Assembly (NCBI GenBank): GCA_963832095.1
Contig: CAWHSW010000009.1
Span: 14,994-78,993 of the forward strand
Source: an uncultured Actinomycetes bacterium
GTDB taxonomy: Bacteria; Actinomycetota; Actinomycetes; Streptosporangiales; Streptosporangiaceae
Reading direction: 5' to 3'
Length of the DNA: 64,000 nt
The translations under genes were made by a program, and so were the position numbers. This document shows positions 19,805 to 28,249 of this stretch, one piece after another. How positions within the stretch are numbered: the stretch's first letter is position 1; each line of letters begins with the position of its first letter. Below the pieces are notes generated by a model that saw only the letters and a program-made list of their open reading frames with translations, searched no databases and was not told the DNA's origin.

Positions 19805-20368
19805 CTACTGGCTGACCCCGGGGATGCCCACACCCGGCCGGACGACGCGGATATGCAGGTAGATGGGGCCTTTCCGGGAGCACGCGGGGAAGCTGAGCGG
19901 GACGAACGCGGGGTGCGCGCCGTTCGGCGGGATGACCCGCAGGGCCACCGCCGTGCGCATCCGGCACTGCCGGGCCGGGAAGTTGCCAGCTTCGGTGATG
20001 GTCAGCAGCGCGTGCGCGGTGCCGCCGCGGCGCAGGATGACCAGGCGCGGATGGAACGACGTGTCGCGGCCGGCCGGGCTGCCCAGCCGCTGGCCGCGGC
20101 GGCCGATGGCGGACACCCCGGGGTAGCCGAACAGGTGGCAGGCCCGGCCGGAGACGTTGGAGAACTCCAGCGGGTAGGCGACCGAGCCCGCCGCGGCGCT
20201 GCCCGGCACGCCGATCCAGACGTTGAGCCGGCTCAGCGTGCACCGCGGCGGGCCTGGCCGGGCGGCGTGGCCGGCCGCGGCCGACGCGGCGGTGGCGCTC
20301 AGCACGGTCGTGGCGGTGAGCCCCAGGACGGCGGCGGCGCGCCGGGCGGCGCGCAGTGATAGCGGCAT
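19805..20368 (-). CDS. DUF4232-like secreted protein
   Basis: ATG 20368 after AAGGGGGAT. There is a signal peptide MPLSLRAARRAAAVLGLTATTVLSATAASAAA, then CTLSRL...GSVAYPLEFSNVSGRACHLFGYPGVS. Confidence 0.7.
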   Translation of the reverse strand: MPLSLRAARRAAAVLGLTATTVLSATAASAAAGHAARPGPPRCTLSRLNVWIGVPGSAAAGSVAYPLEFSNVSGRACHLFGYPGVSAIGRRGQRLGSPAGRDTSFHPRLVILRRGGTAHALLTITEAGNFPARQCRMRTAVALRVIPPNGAHPAFVPLSFPACSRKGPIYLHIRVVRPGVGIPGVSQ

Positions 20369-20462
20369 TGATCCCCCTTGGTCGGTGCGGCCCGCAGGCC
20401 TCTCACCTGCTAGGACGCAGCATGTGCGAGCAAGGTTGGCCGCTCGGCGCAAGCTAACTCGA

Positions 20463-20485
20463 CATATGTAGACTATATATGTAGG
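20463..20485. promoter_or_regulatory. AT-rich direct repeat ATATGTAG-n5-ATATGTAG upstream of padR (candidate PadR operator)
   Basis: ACATATGTAGACTATATATGTAGG seen 10 nt upstream of the padR ATG; it contains ACAT/ATGT half-sites. Confidence 0.3.
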
Positions 20486-20494
20486 ATTAGGGTC

Positions 20495-20836
20495 ATGAAG
20501 CTCACCGGGCCGCTTGAGCGGGTATTGCGGGCCTTCCTGGCCGACCCTGCCGCGCCGCGTTACGGCTATGACCTGATGAAGGCGTCCGGGCTGCCCAGCG
20601 GCACGCTGTACCCGATGCTGTCCCGGTTGCAGGGGCAGGGGCTGGTCAGCTCGGCCTGGGAGCCGGCCGGCACCGACGCCAGCGGGCGGCCGGCCCGGCG
20701 GTACTACTGGCTCACCGACGAGGGCATCCAGACAAGCCGGGAGGAACTGGCCCGGGCCGACGTGGCCCGGGCGGGTGTGCGCGGCCGGGCCCGGGCCGGT
20801 GGGCGGCGCGCGGCCCCGGCCCGCGGGAGCACATGA
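20495..20836 (+). CDS. PadR family transcriptional regulator
   Basis: YGYDLMKASGLPSGTLYPMLSRLQGQGLVSSAWE...RRYYWLTDEG winged-helix PadR signature. Confidence 0.85.
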   Translation: MKLTGPLERVLRAFLADPAAPRYGYDLMKASGLPSGTLYPMLSRLQGQGLVSSAWEPAGTDASGRPARRYYWLTDEGIQTSREELARADVARAGVRGRARAGGRRAAPARGST

Positions 20837-21300
20837 TGCGGGGCGATGCGCTAGCCCAGCAGCTAGCTCAGCGGCTGGCCGGGTGGCTGATCGGCCGGGC
20901 CTGCCGGCACCTGCCCGCGGCGGCGCGGGAGGAGCGCGGCCGGGAATGGACGGCCGAACTGCCGGCCATCCTGGCCGACCCGGACGTGCGCTCCGGGCCA
21001 CTGCGATCGGCCCGCGCGCTGCGCTTCGCGGTGGGCACGATCCGGACCGCCCGCCGCGAGCACGGGGTCTTCCGCGGTCAGCTCTCCGGTGCCGACGCGC
21101 GGTCGGCTGGGGTGCGCCTGTTCGCCTTCGCGGGCCTGTGGCTGGCCGCGGTGTGCCTGGTGCGGCTCGGGGCCGTGCTGCATATCCCGCCGCTGCACGG
21201 CATCTGGATCGCGCTGGTCGTCGTGGCCGCCGCCGCTGCCGAGCTGTTCGCGCTGGCTCAGCTCATCAAGCTGCTCCGCTGGCTGTGCCAGCACGACTGA
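20833..21300 (+). CDS. Hypothetical membrane protein co-transcribed with padR
   Basis: ATGA start/stop overlap with padR; C-terminal hydrophobic segments (LFAFAGLWLAAVCLV, IWIALVVVAAAAAELFALA). Confidence 0.55.
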   Translation: MMRGDALAQQLAQRLAGWLIGRACRHLPAAAREERGREWTAELPAILADPDVRSGPLRSARALRFAVGTIRTARREHGVFRGQLSGADARSAGVRLFAFAGLWLAAVCLVRLGAVLHIPPLHGIWIALVVVAAAAAELFALAQLIKLLRWLCQHD

Positions 21301-21322
21301 TCTCCCCCGCGCCAACCACGTG

Positions 21323-21366
21323 GATGCTTCATTCACGTGGTCACAGATGCGCGTGAATGAAGCATT
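21323..21366. terminator. Hairpin with a 14-bp perfect stem ATGCTTCATTCACG / CGTGAATGAAGCAT (14-nt loop) between convergent genes
   Basis: Seen directly, between the membrane-protein gene (end 21300) and miaB (end 21427). Confidence 0.45.
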
Positions 21367-21426
21367 CATGGCGGTGCGGAAAGCGCGGGGTGCGCGGCGG
21401 GTGAAAGTTTGCTGCGGTTCCGGCGA

Positions 21427-22917
21427 CTACGCGGGGCGGCCGACGGCCGGCATGCCCAGCGGGACCGCGGCGGCGCCCGCCGCGGCCGGGACCAGCCCGT
21501 CCTGGCAGGCCTGCCAGGCGTCGCCGCCGCGGGTGCGGCGGACAGCCAGCGGCTCGCCGTCGGCCACCAGGTAGTGCGGGGCGGCCCGGGTCACCAGCGT
21601 GGTCACCAGGTCCCCCGGGCGCGGCCCGGTGCCGCCCGGCGCGAAGTGCACCAGCCGGTTGTCCCGGGCCCGGCCGGATAGCCGGTGCGTGGCCCCGTCC
21701 TTCCGCCCCTCCCCCTCGGCGACCAGCACCTCGACCTGGCGGCCGGTGAAGGCCTCGTTCTCGGCCAGGGTGATCTCCTCGACCAGGGCGGTCAGCCGCT
21801 GGTAGCGCTCGGCCACGATGCCCGGCGGGACCTGGGCGTCCATCGCCGCGGCCGGGGTGCCGGGCCGGGGCGAGTACTGGAACGTGAACGCGCCGGCGAA
21901 CCGGGCCCGCCGGACAAGGTCCAGGGTGTCCTGGAAATCCCGCTCGGTCTCGCCCGGGAAGCCGACGATGATGTCGGTGGTGATGGCGGCGCCCGGGATC
22001 GAGGCCCGGACCCGGTCCAGGATGCCCAGGTACTTGTCCCGGCGGTAGGCGCGGCGCATGGCCCGCAGCACCGCGTCCGAGCCGGACTGCAGCGGCATGT
22101 GCAGTTGCGGCATGACGTTGGCCGTCCCGGCCATGGCCGCGATCACGTCGTCGGTGAAGTCGCGCGGGTGCGGCGAGGTGAAGCGGACCCGGTCCAGCCC
22201 GTCGATGCCGCCACAGGCGCGGAGCAGCCTGCCGAACGCCTGCCGGTCACCGAAGCCGACCCCGTAGGAGTTCACGTTCTGGCCGAGCAGGGTGACTTCG
22301 ACCACGCCGTCGGCGACCAGCGCGCGGATCTCGGCCAGCACGTCGCCCGGGCGCCGGTCCTCCTCGCGGCCGCGCAGGCTGGGCACGATGCAGAACGTGC
22401 AGGTGTTGTTGCAGCCAACCGAGATGGCCACCCAGGCCGAGTAACTCGACTCCCGGCGGGCGGGCAGCACGGACGGGAAGCGCTCCAGCGACTCGACGAT
22501 CTCCACCTGGGCGGCCTGCTCGATCCGGGCGCGTTCCAGCAGGGCCGGCAGCGAGCCGATGTTGTTCGTGCCGAACACCACGTCCACCCACGGTGCACGC
22601 TGCGCTATGCCGGCCCGGTCCTTCTGGGCCAGGCAGCCGCCCACCGCGATCTGCATGCCCGGCCGGGACTGCTTGGCCGGCAGCAGGTGGCCCAGGTTCC
22701 CGTACAGCCGGTTGTCCGCGTTCTCCCGGACCGCGCACGTGTTGAACACCACGACGTCCGGGTCCTGGCCCTCCGGTGCGCGCTGATAGCCCGCGTCCTC
22801 CAGCAGGCCGGCCAGCCGCTCCGAATCGTGCATGTTCATCTGGCACCCGTAGGTGCGGATCTGGTACGTGCGGGAGGCGGTCATGTCGCCTCCGAGGGTA
22901 CGCGCAGTGCGCGTCAT
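21427..22917 (-). CDS. miaB: tRNA-2-methylthio-N6-dimethylallyladenosine synthase
   Basis: [28 protein letters not shown] radical-SAM motif and a TRAM C-terminus. ATG 22917 is preceded by GGGAGA; ATG 22884 is an alternative. Confidence 0.92.
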   Translation of the reverse strand: MTRTARTLGGDMTASRTYQIRTYGCQMNMHDSERLAGLLEDAGYQRAPEGQDPDVVVFNTCAVRENADNRLYGNLGHLLPAKQSRPGMQIAVGGCLAQKDRAGIAQRAPWVDVVFGTNNIGSLPALLERARIEQAAQVEIVESLERFPSVLPARRESSYSAWVAISVGCNNTCTFCIVPSLRGREEDRRPGDVLAEIRALVADGVVEVTLLGQNVNSYGVGFGDRQAFGRLLRACGGIDGLDRVRFTSPHPRDFTDDVIAAMAGTANVMPQLHMPLQSGSDAVLRAMRRAYRRDKYLGILDRVRASIPGAAITTDIIVGFPGETERDFQDTLDLVRRARFAGAFTFQYSPRPGTPAAAMDAQVPPGIVAERYQRLTALVEEITLAENEAFTGRQVEVLVAEGEGRKDGATHRLSGRARDNRLVHFAPGGTGPRPGDLVTTLVTRAAPHYLVADGEPLAVRRTRGGDAWQACQDGLVPAAAGAAAVPLGMPAVGRPA

Positions 22918-22995
22918 GTCCGGAATCTCCCTCCGCAGATCCGTGGCCCGTCCAGAATGTCTCCCCGCAGGTCCGGGCCATGTCCGGAATCTCCC
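22915..22995. repeat. Three ~32-bp tandem units in the miaB leader / divergent promoter region
   Basis: The perfect 17-mer CATGTCCGGAATCTCCC occurs at 22915-22931 and 22979-22995. A degenerate middle copy (AGAATGTCTCCCCGCAG) lies at ~22953. Confidence 0.8.
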
Positions 22996-23030
22996 GTGGC
23001 CAGACCCGCGGATGGTAGACGATATCCCCT

Positions 23031-25307
23031 ATGACAGACAGCGTGGCAGCTCCGCGAATCCCCTACGGCGCCTGGCCTTCCCCGATCTCCGCGGCCGACG
23101 TGGCCAAGGGCCAGGTAACCGTTTCCTTCCCGCTGGTCCGTGGGACCGACGTGTGGTGGCAGGAGGGCCGTCCTGAGGAGGGCGGCCGGGTGACCGTGGT
23201 GCACTGCGACGCGACCGGGAACCAGCGTGCCCTGCTGCCCTCGCCGTGGAACGCGCGGACCCGGGTGCACGAATACGGCGGCCGGTCCTACCTGCCGGTT
23301 CCACTGCCCGGCCCGGATGGCAAGGACCCGGACGGCCAGGCGGTCGTGTTCGCCAACTACGCGGACCAGCGGCTGTACCTGATGCCGGTCCCGCCGCCCG
23401 GTCCTGCGGGCCCGGCGTCCGGGGCCGCGGGCCGCGCGGTTGCGCCGCGCCCGCTTACCCCGGAGCCGGCTGGCGAGTCCGGGCACACCGCGCTGCGTTT
23501 TGCCGATTTCATTCTTTCGACCGATGAAAAAGAGGTGTGGTGCGTCCAGGAACGGCACGAGGACGGCAAGATCAGCCGGGCCATCGTGGCCATTCCGCTG
23601 GACGGCAGCGCCGCCAATGATCCGGGCGCGATCCGGGAACTCGTCACCGGCGCGGATTTCTTCGCTTTCCCCACGCTGTCGCCGGACGGCAGCAGGCTGG
23701 CCTGGATCTGCTGGAACCATCCGCGGATGCCGTGGGATGGCACCGAATTGCGGGTCGGCCGGATCGCCGACGGCGTGCCCGGCCCGGGCCGGCTGGTCAA
23801 GGGCGGCATGCGGGAATCGGTGCTCGCCCCGGTGTGGCGCGACAACACCAGCCTGTACGTGGTGTCGGACTGGCCCGGCTGGTGGAACCTGTACCAGGTC
23901 GGCCTGCTCGGTGAGCCAGCCCAGGCGCTGTACCCGGCCGAGGAGGAGTTCGCCGAGCCGTTGTGGCAGCTCGGTGACCGGCCGTTCGCGCGGCTGGGTG
24001 ACGGGCGGCTCGCGGTGCTGCACGGCCAGGGCGGCATGCGGCTCGGCCTGCTCGACCCGGAGACCGGGGAGCTGACCGATCCCAAGCTGCCGGTCCAGGA
24101 GTTCACCTCCGGGCTGGCCGCGGACAGCGAGACGGTGGTGGCGGTGGCCGGTGGCCCGGCCACGCCGCTGGCCGTGGTCCGGATCAACGTGGCCTCCGGC
24201 ACCTCCGAGGTGCTGCGCTGGGAGACCGAGGAGGTGCCGGACGCCGGCTACCTCCCGGTGCCCAGCCAGGTCCGGCTGGACGGCGTGTACGGGCGGAACG
24301 TGCACGCGCTGGTCTACCCGCCAACCCACCCGGACGCGGTCGCCCCGGACGGTGAGCTGCCGCCCTACGTGGTCTGGGCGCACGGCGGCCCGACCTCGCA
24401 CGCGATCGCGCTGTTCGACCTGGAAAAGGCCTACTTCACCAGCCGCGGCATCGGGGTCATCGACGTCAACTACGGCGGGTCCACCGGGTACGGCCGCAGC
24501 TACCGCGAGCGGCTGCGCATGCAGTGGGGCGTGGTCAACGTGGAGGACGTGGCCTCGGCCGCCCAGGCGCTGGCCGCGAACGGCGACGCGGACCCGGCCC
24601 GGCTGGCCGTCCGCGGCGGCTCGGCGGGCGGCTGGACCGCGCTGGCCGCGGTCACCACGCTCGCGGCCAGGCAGCGGGTGTTCAGCGCGGCGGCGTCCTA
24701 CTACGGCGTGGCCGACGTGCGTGAACTGGCGGCCCAGTCGCACGACTTCGAGTCGCACTACCTGGACGGCCTGATCGGCCCGCTGCCCGGCTTCCACTAC
24801 GTCTATGCCGAACGCTCCCCGGCGGGCCATGTGAGCGACGCGACCGCCCCGGTGCTGCTGCTCCAGGGCCTGGACGACCCGATCGTGTCGCCCGCCCAGG
24901 CCCGGGGCATCGCGGCCGACCTGACCGCGCATGGGATCCGGCATGCGTTGCTGATGTTCAAGGGCGAGTCGCACGGGTTCCGCCGGGCGGACACGATCGC
25001 CGCCGCGCTGGAAGCGGAACTCTCCTTCTATGGGCAGGTGCTGGGCTTTACGCCGCCCGGCATCTCGCGGCTGAAGCTGACCGAGCCGGGCAAGGCGGCC
25101 GAGCCGGCCGCGGAGGGCGAGCCTGCGCAGCGGGGCGAGCCGGCTGGGGAGGGCAAGCCGGCGCAGCAGGGCGAGCCGGCCCCGGGCGACGCGCCGGGGA
25201 AGACCGCCCAGCCTGGCGGGGGTGGCAACGTCAGCGTGCTGCCCAGTGGGAGTTCCGCGGATACCCAGGGCCGGCCGTCCAGCCCAGCCAACGCGGCGTC
25301 GAGCTGA
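23031..25307 (+). CDS. S9 family (prolyl oligopeptidase / acylaminoacyl-peptidase type) serine peptidase
   Basis: N-terminal beta-propeller region, a GGSAGGW nucleophile elbow and a QGLDDPIV...HGF C-terminal catalytic region. The tail is a low-complexity E/P/A/G repeat. Confidence 0.85.
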   Translation: MTDSVAAPRIPYGAWPSPISAADVAKGQVTVSFPLVRGTDVWWQEGRPEEGGRVTVVHCDATGNQRALLPSPWNARTRVHEYGGRSYLPVPLPGPDGKDPDGQAVVFANYADQRLYLMPVPPPGPAGPASGAAGRAVAPRPLTPEPAGESGHTALRFADFILSTDEKEVWCVQERHEDGKISRAIVAIPLDGSAANDPGAIRELVTGADFFAFPTLSPDGSRLAWICWNHPRMPWDGTELRVGRIADGVPGPGRLVKGGMRESVLAPVWRDNTSLYVVSDWPGWWNLYQVGLLGEPAQALYPAEEEFAEPLWQLGDRPFARLGDGRLAVLHGQGGMRLGLLDPETGELTDPKLPVQEFTSGLAADSETVVAVAGGPATPLAVVRINVASGTSEVLRWETEEVPDAGYLPVPSQVRLDGVYGRNVHALVYPPTHPDAVAPDGELPPYVVWAHGGPTSHAIALFDLEKAYFTSRGIGVIDVNYGGSTGYGRSYRERLRMQWGVVNVEDVASAAQALAANGDADPARLAVRGGSAGGWTALAAVTTLAARQRVFSAAASYYGVADVRELAAQSHDFESHYLDGLIGPLPGFHYVYAERSPAGHVSDATAPVLLLQGLDDPIVSPAQARGIAADLTAHGIRHALLMFKGESHGFRRADTIAAALEAELSFYGQVLGFTPPGISRLKLTEPGKAAEPAAEGEPAQRGEPAGEGKPAQQGEPAPGDAPGKTAQPGGGGNVSVLPSGSSADTQGRPSSPANAASS

Positions 25308-25335
25308 CCGGCTGCGCCGCGGTGGCGCGGCCCGG

Positions 25336-26956
25336 TCAGCGGGCGAACTCGGTGGCGCGGGACTCCCGGACCACGGTGACCCGGATCTGCCCCGGGTAGG
25401 TCAGCTCCTCCTCGACCTGCTTGGCCACGTCCCGGGCGATGACCTGGGCCTGGATGTCGTCCACCCGTTCCGGCTTGACCATGACCCTGATCTCCCGGCC
25501 GGCCTGCATGGCGAACACCTTCTCCACGCCGGGCTGGGCGGTGGCTATCTGCTCCAGCCGCTCCAGCCGCTTGACGTAGGCCTCCAGGGACTCACGGCGG
25601 GCACCCGGCCGGCCACCGCTGATCGCGTCCGCCGCCTGAGTGAGTACCGCCTCGACCGTGCGCACCTCGACCTCGTTGTGATGCGCCTCGATGGCGTGCA
25701 CCACGTCGGCCGACTCGCCGTAGCGGCGGGCGATCTCGGCACCGATCAGCGCGTGGCTGCCCTCCACCTCGTGGGTGAGGGCCTTGCCGATGTCATGCAG
25801 CACCGTGCAGCGCCGCATCAGCCCGGGATCCATGCCCAGCTCGCTGGCCATCATGGCGGCGATGTGCGCGGACTCGACCAGGTGGCGGAGCACGTTCTGG
25901 CCATACGAGGTGCGGTAGCGCAGCCGGCCCAGCAGCGTGACCAGTTCCGGGTGCATGTCGGTCAGGGACAGCTCGACCAGCGCGTCCTCCCCGGCGCGGA
26001 CACAGAGCTGCTCCACCTCACCCTTGCTCCGCTCATAGGCTTCCTCGATCCGCTGCGGGTGGATCCGCCCGTCCAGCACGAGCCGCTCCAGGGTGAGCCG
26101 CCCGACCTCGCGGCGGACCGGGTCGAAGCAGGACAGCAGGACGGCCTCGGGGGTGTCGTCGATGATCAGGTTCACCCCGGTGACGGACTCGAAGGCGCGG
26201 ATGTTCCGCCCTTCCCGGCCGATGATCCGGCCCTTCATCTCATCGCCGGGCAGGTGCAGCACCGAGACCACGGACTCGCTGGTCTGCTCGCTGGCCACCC
26301 GCTGGATAGCCAGCGTGACGATCCGCCGGGCGCGCTGCTCGCCGTCCCGGCGGGCCGCGTTCTCGGTCTCCCGGACCAGCAGTGCCGCCTCGCGCTTGGC
26401 CTGGTTCTGGATGCCGGCCACCAGCTCGCCCTTGGCCTGGTCGGCGGTCAGCCCGGCGGTCTGCTCCAGCACCGCGCGGCGTTCCTCATCGAGCCGGTCC
26501 AGGTCAGCGCGGCGGCCGTCCAGGTCCTGCCGGACCTTGTCCAGCCCCGCGGCGCGCTCATCGAGCTTGCCGAACTCGGTGTCCAGCCGGGCTTCCCGCT
26601 CGGCCAGCCGGGCTTCCCGGCGCTCCAGGTCAGCGCGCAGTTCCCGGGCTTCGTCGCGGACCGCGCGCAGTTCTTCGTCCGCGTCCCGGCTGGCCTGGGC
26701 GGCCTTGTCGGCGGCCAGCCCGGCCTCGCGCATCATGGCCGCGGCCTCGGTTTCGGCCCGCGTCCGGACCTGGTCGGCGTCCCGGCTGGCGTCATCGAAC
26801 GCGCGCTGCGCGTCGGCGGTGAGCCCGGGCCCGGCCCGGCCCGGAGTCGGTCACGGGCTCATTCCGGCCGGGCGACCTGCGCAGCACAACCACCAGCGCG
26901 AAAACGGCGGCCAGCAAACCAACGGCCCCGATCACGAGAGAGATTGTGCTGCTCAT
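25336..26956 (-). CDS. rny: Ribonuclease Y; the N-terminal membrane anchor is in a different frame (break within 26795-26850)
   Basis: KH (GRIIGREGRNIRAFE) and HD (VLHDIGKA, IEAHH) domains in ORF 25336..26736. ATG 26956 opens MSSTISLVIGAVGLLAAVFALVVVLRRS (TM helix) in the +1 frame, which stops at ~26792. Confidence 0.85.
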
Positions 26957-27298
26957 GGCACACCCCAATCCTGCTCGCTGGTCCCGGCACCTGGGTGTGG
27001 TGCCAGGGATAAACCCTGCAGCGAGGGGTCATGCCCGCCAGCCACCGGCTGCTGGCGCATCCGCCGGGCAGCATCGGCTGCCCGGCTGCTGCTCTCCAGC
27101 GGCCAGCTAGCCGCGCCGTCCAGCCCGCGTCAGCCGCACCGTTCGCGGCCGCCCGCGCGCCAGAAGGCACGCTGGACTTTCGTCCCGGCCAGGCTCGCGC
27201 CCAGCCGTCCTGCATGGCCCGCGGCCCGCAACGCGGGCCCGGTCAGGCCTATCGGCCAAGAGCGGGCGTCCCCGCCCTGACCAGCTAGCATCCCAAAT

Positions 27299-27324
27299 CT
27301 GTGACCAGCTCCTGCCGGTCACAG
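27299..27324 (-). terminator. Hairpin CTGTGACC-n10-GGTCACAG followed by AUUUGGGA on the minus strand, downstream of recX
   Basis: 8-bp stem seen directly, ~130 nt after the recX stop. Confidence 0.45.
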
Positions 27325-27454
27325 GCCGTTAAGACTCGTTTCGATCCGCATGGCACGGAGTAACACCTCGCTGCCGTGAGGTTAAGCGTAGATAACAGTT
27401 TGGGCAAGTAATCCGTTGCGATCTCCTCAAGTCTCACCCAGAGCAACTAGTTCG

Positions 27455-28249
27455 TTACCCTGCATCCAGATCGGCGTCCGGCGTTGCCCACGCCGCCTCA
27501 TCCAGATCGACTCCGGCACCGGCCGCGTCGATCCCTTCCTGCTCAATGGCCTCCCGGACGATCCGGTAAGCCACCGGAGCCGGGTAGCCCTTCCTGGCCA
27601 GCAGGCCGGTCAGCCGCCGGATCCGGGTGGGCAGCGGCTTGCCCCGGCTGGCCCGCATCGCCTTGGCCACCAGCCGCCGGGCGGTCGCCAGCTCGTCGGC
27701 CGGGTCCAGTGCGCTGACCGCCGCGTCGATGTGCTGGCCGTCCACGCCGCGCTGCTTGAGCTCCGCGGAGAGCGCCCGGCGGGCCAGTCCCCGGTTGTGG
27801 TGCCGGGACTCGACCCAGGCCCGGGCGAATGCCGCGTCGTCGATCAGGCCCGCGTCGGTGAACCGGGCCAGCACCGCCGCGGCCGCCTCGTCCGGCACGC
27901 CGCGACGGCGCATGGCGCTGGCCAGCTCGGTCCTGGTCCGCGGCCGGCTGGCCAGCAACCGCAGGCACAGCTCCCGGGCGCGCTGCACGGGGTCCCTGGG
28001 CTCCCCGGCTTGCTCCGCGCCACTCTCGGTGCCACCTGCTTCAGCCAGGGCGCGGTCACGGGCCGCAGAATCGCGCTTGGCCGGAGCGCCCTCCGCGACT
28101 GGAGAGTTGCCACGGGCCGTGGGCCGGTTCCGTGCCGCGCCGCCCGCTCCGGCCGTGGCGCTGCCGCTGGCCGCCGCCAGCGCGGCGGCCAGTGCAGCGC
28201 GGGCCGTCGCCTGGCGTTCGCTGGTCCCGGCCTCCCGGTCAGGCACCAC
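27455..28249 (-). CDS. recX: Recombination regulator RecX (with an Ala/Gly-rich N-terminal extension)
   Basis: [56 protein letters not shown]... three-repeat RecX core. The GTG start overlaps the recA end by 11 nt. Confidence 0.88.
   Translation of the reverse strand: MVPDREAGTSERQATARAALAAALAAASGSATAGAGGAARNRPTARGNSPVAEGAPAKRDSAARDRALAEAGGTESGAEQAGEPRDPVQRARELCLRLLASRPRTRTELASAMRRRGVPDEAAAAVLARFTDAGLIDDAAFARAWVESRHHNRGLARRALSAELKQRGVDGQHIDAAVSALDPADELATARRLVAKAMRASRGKPLPTRIRRLTGLLARKGYPAPVAYRIVREAIEQEGIDAAGAGVDLDEAAWATPDADLDAG

Noticed and set aside
27326-27454. 50-codon minus-strand ORF (VRLEEIATDYLPKLL...) between recX and the terminator hairpin.
   Set aside because: It has very low GC3, unlike every confident gene here, no Shine-Dalgarno sequence and no recognisable family. 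It is more likely untranslated 3' region.
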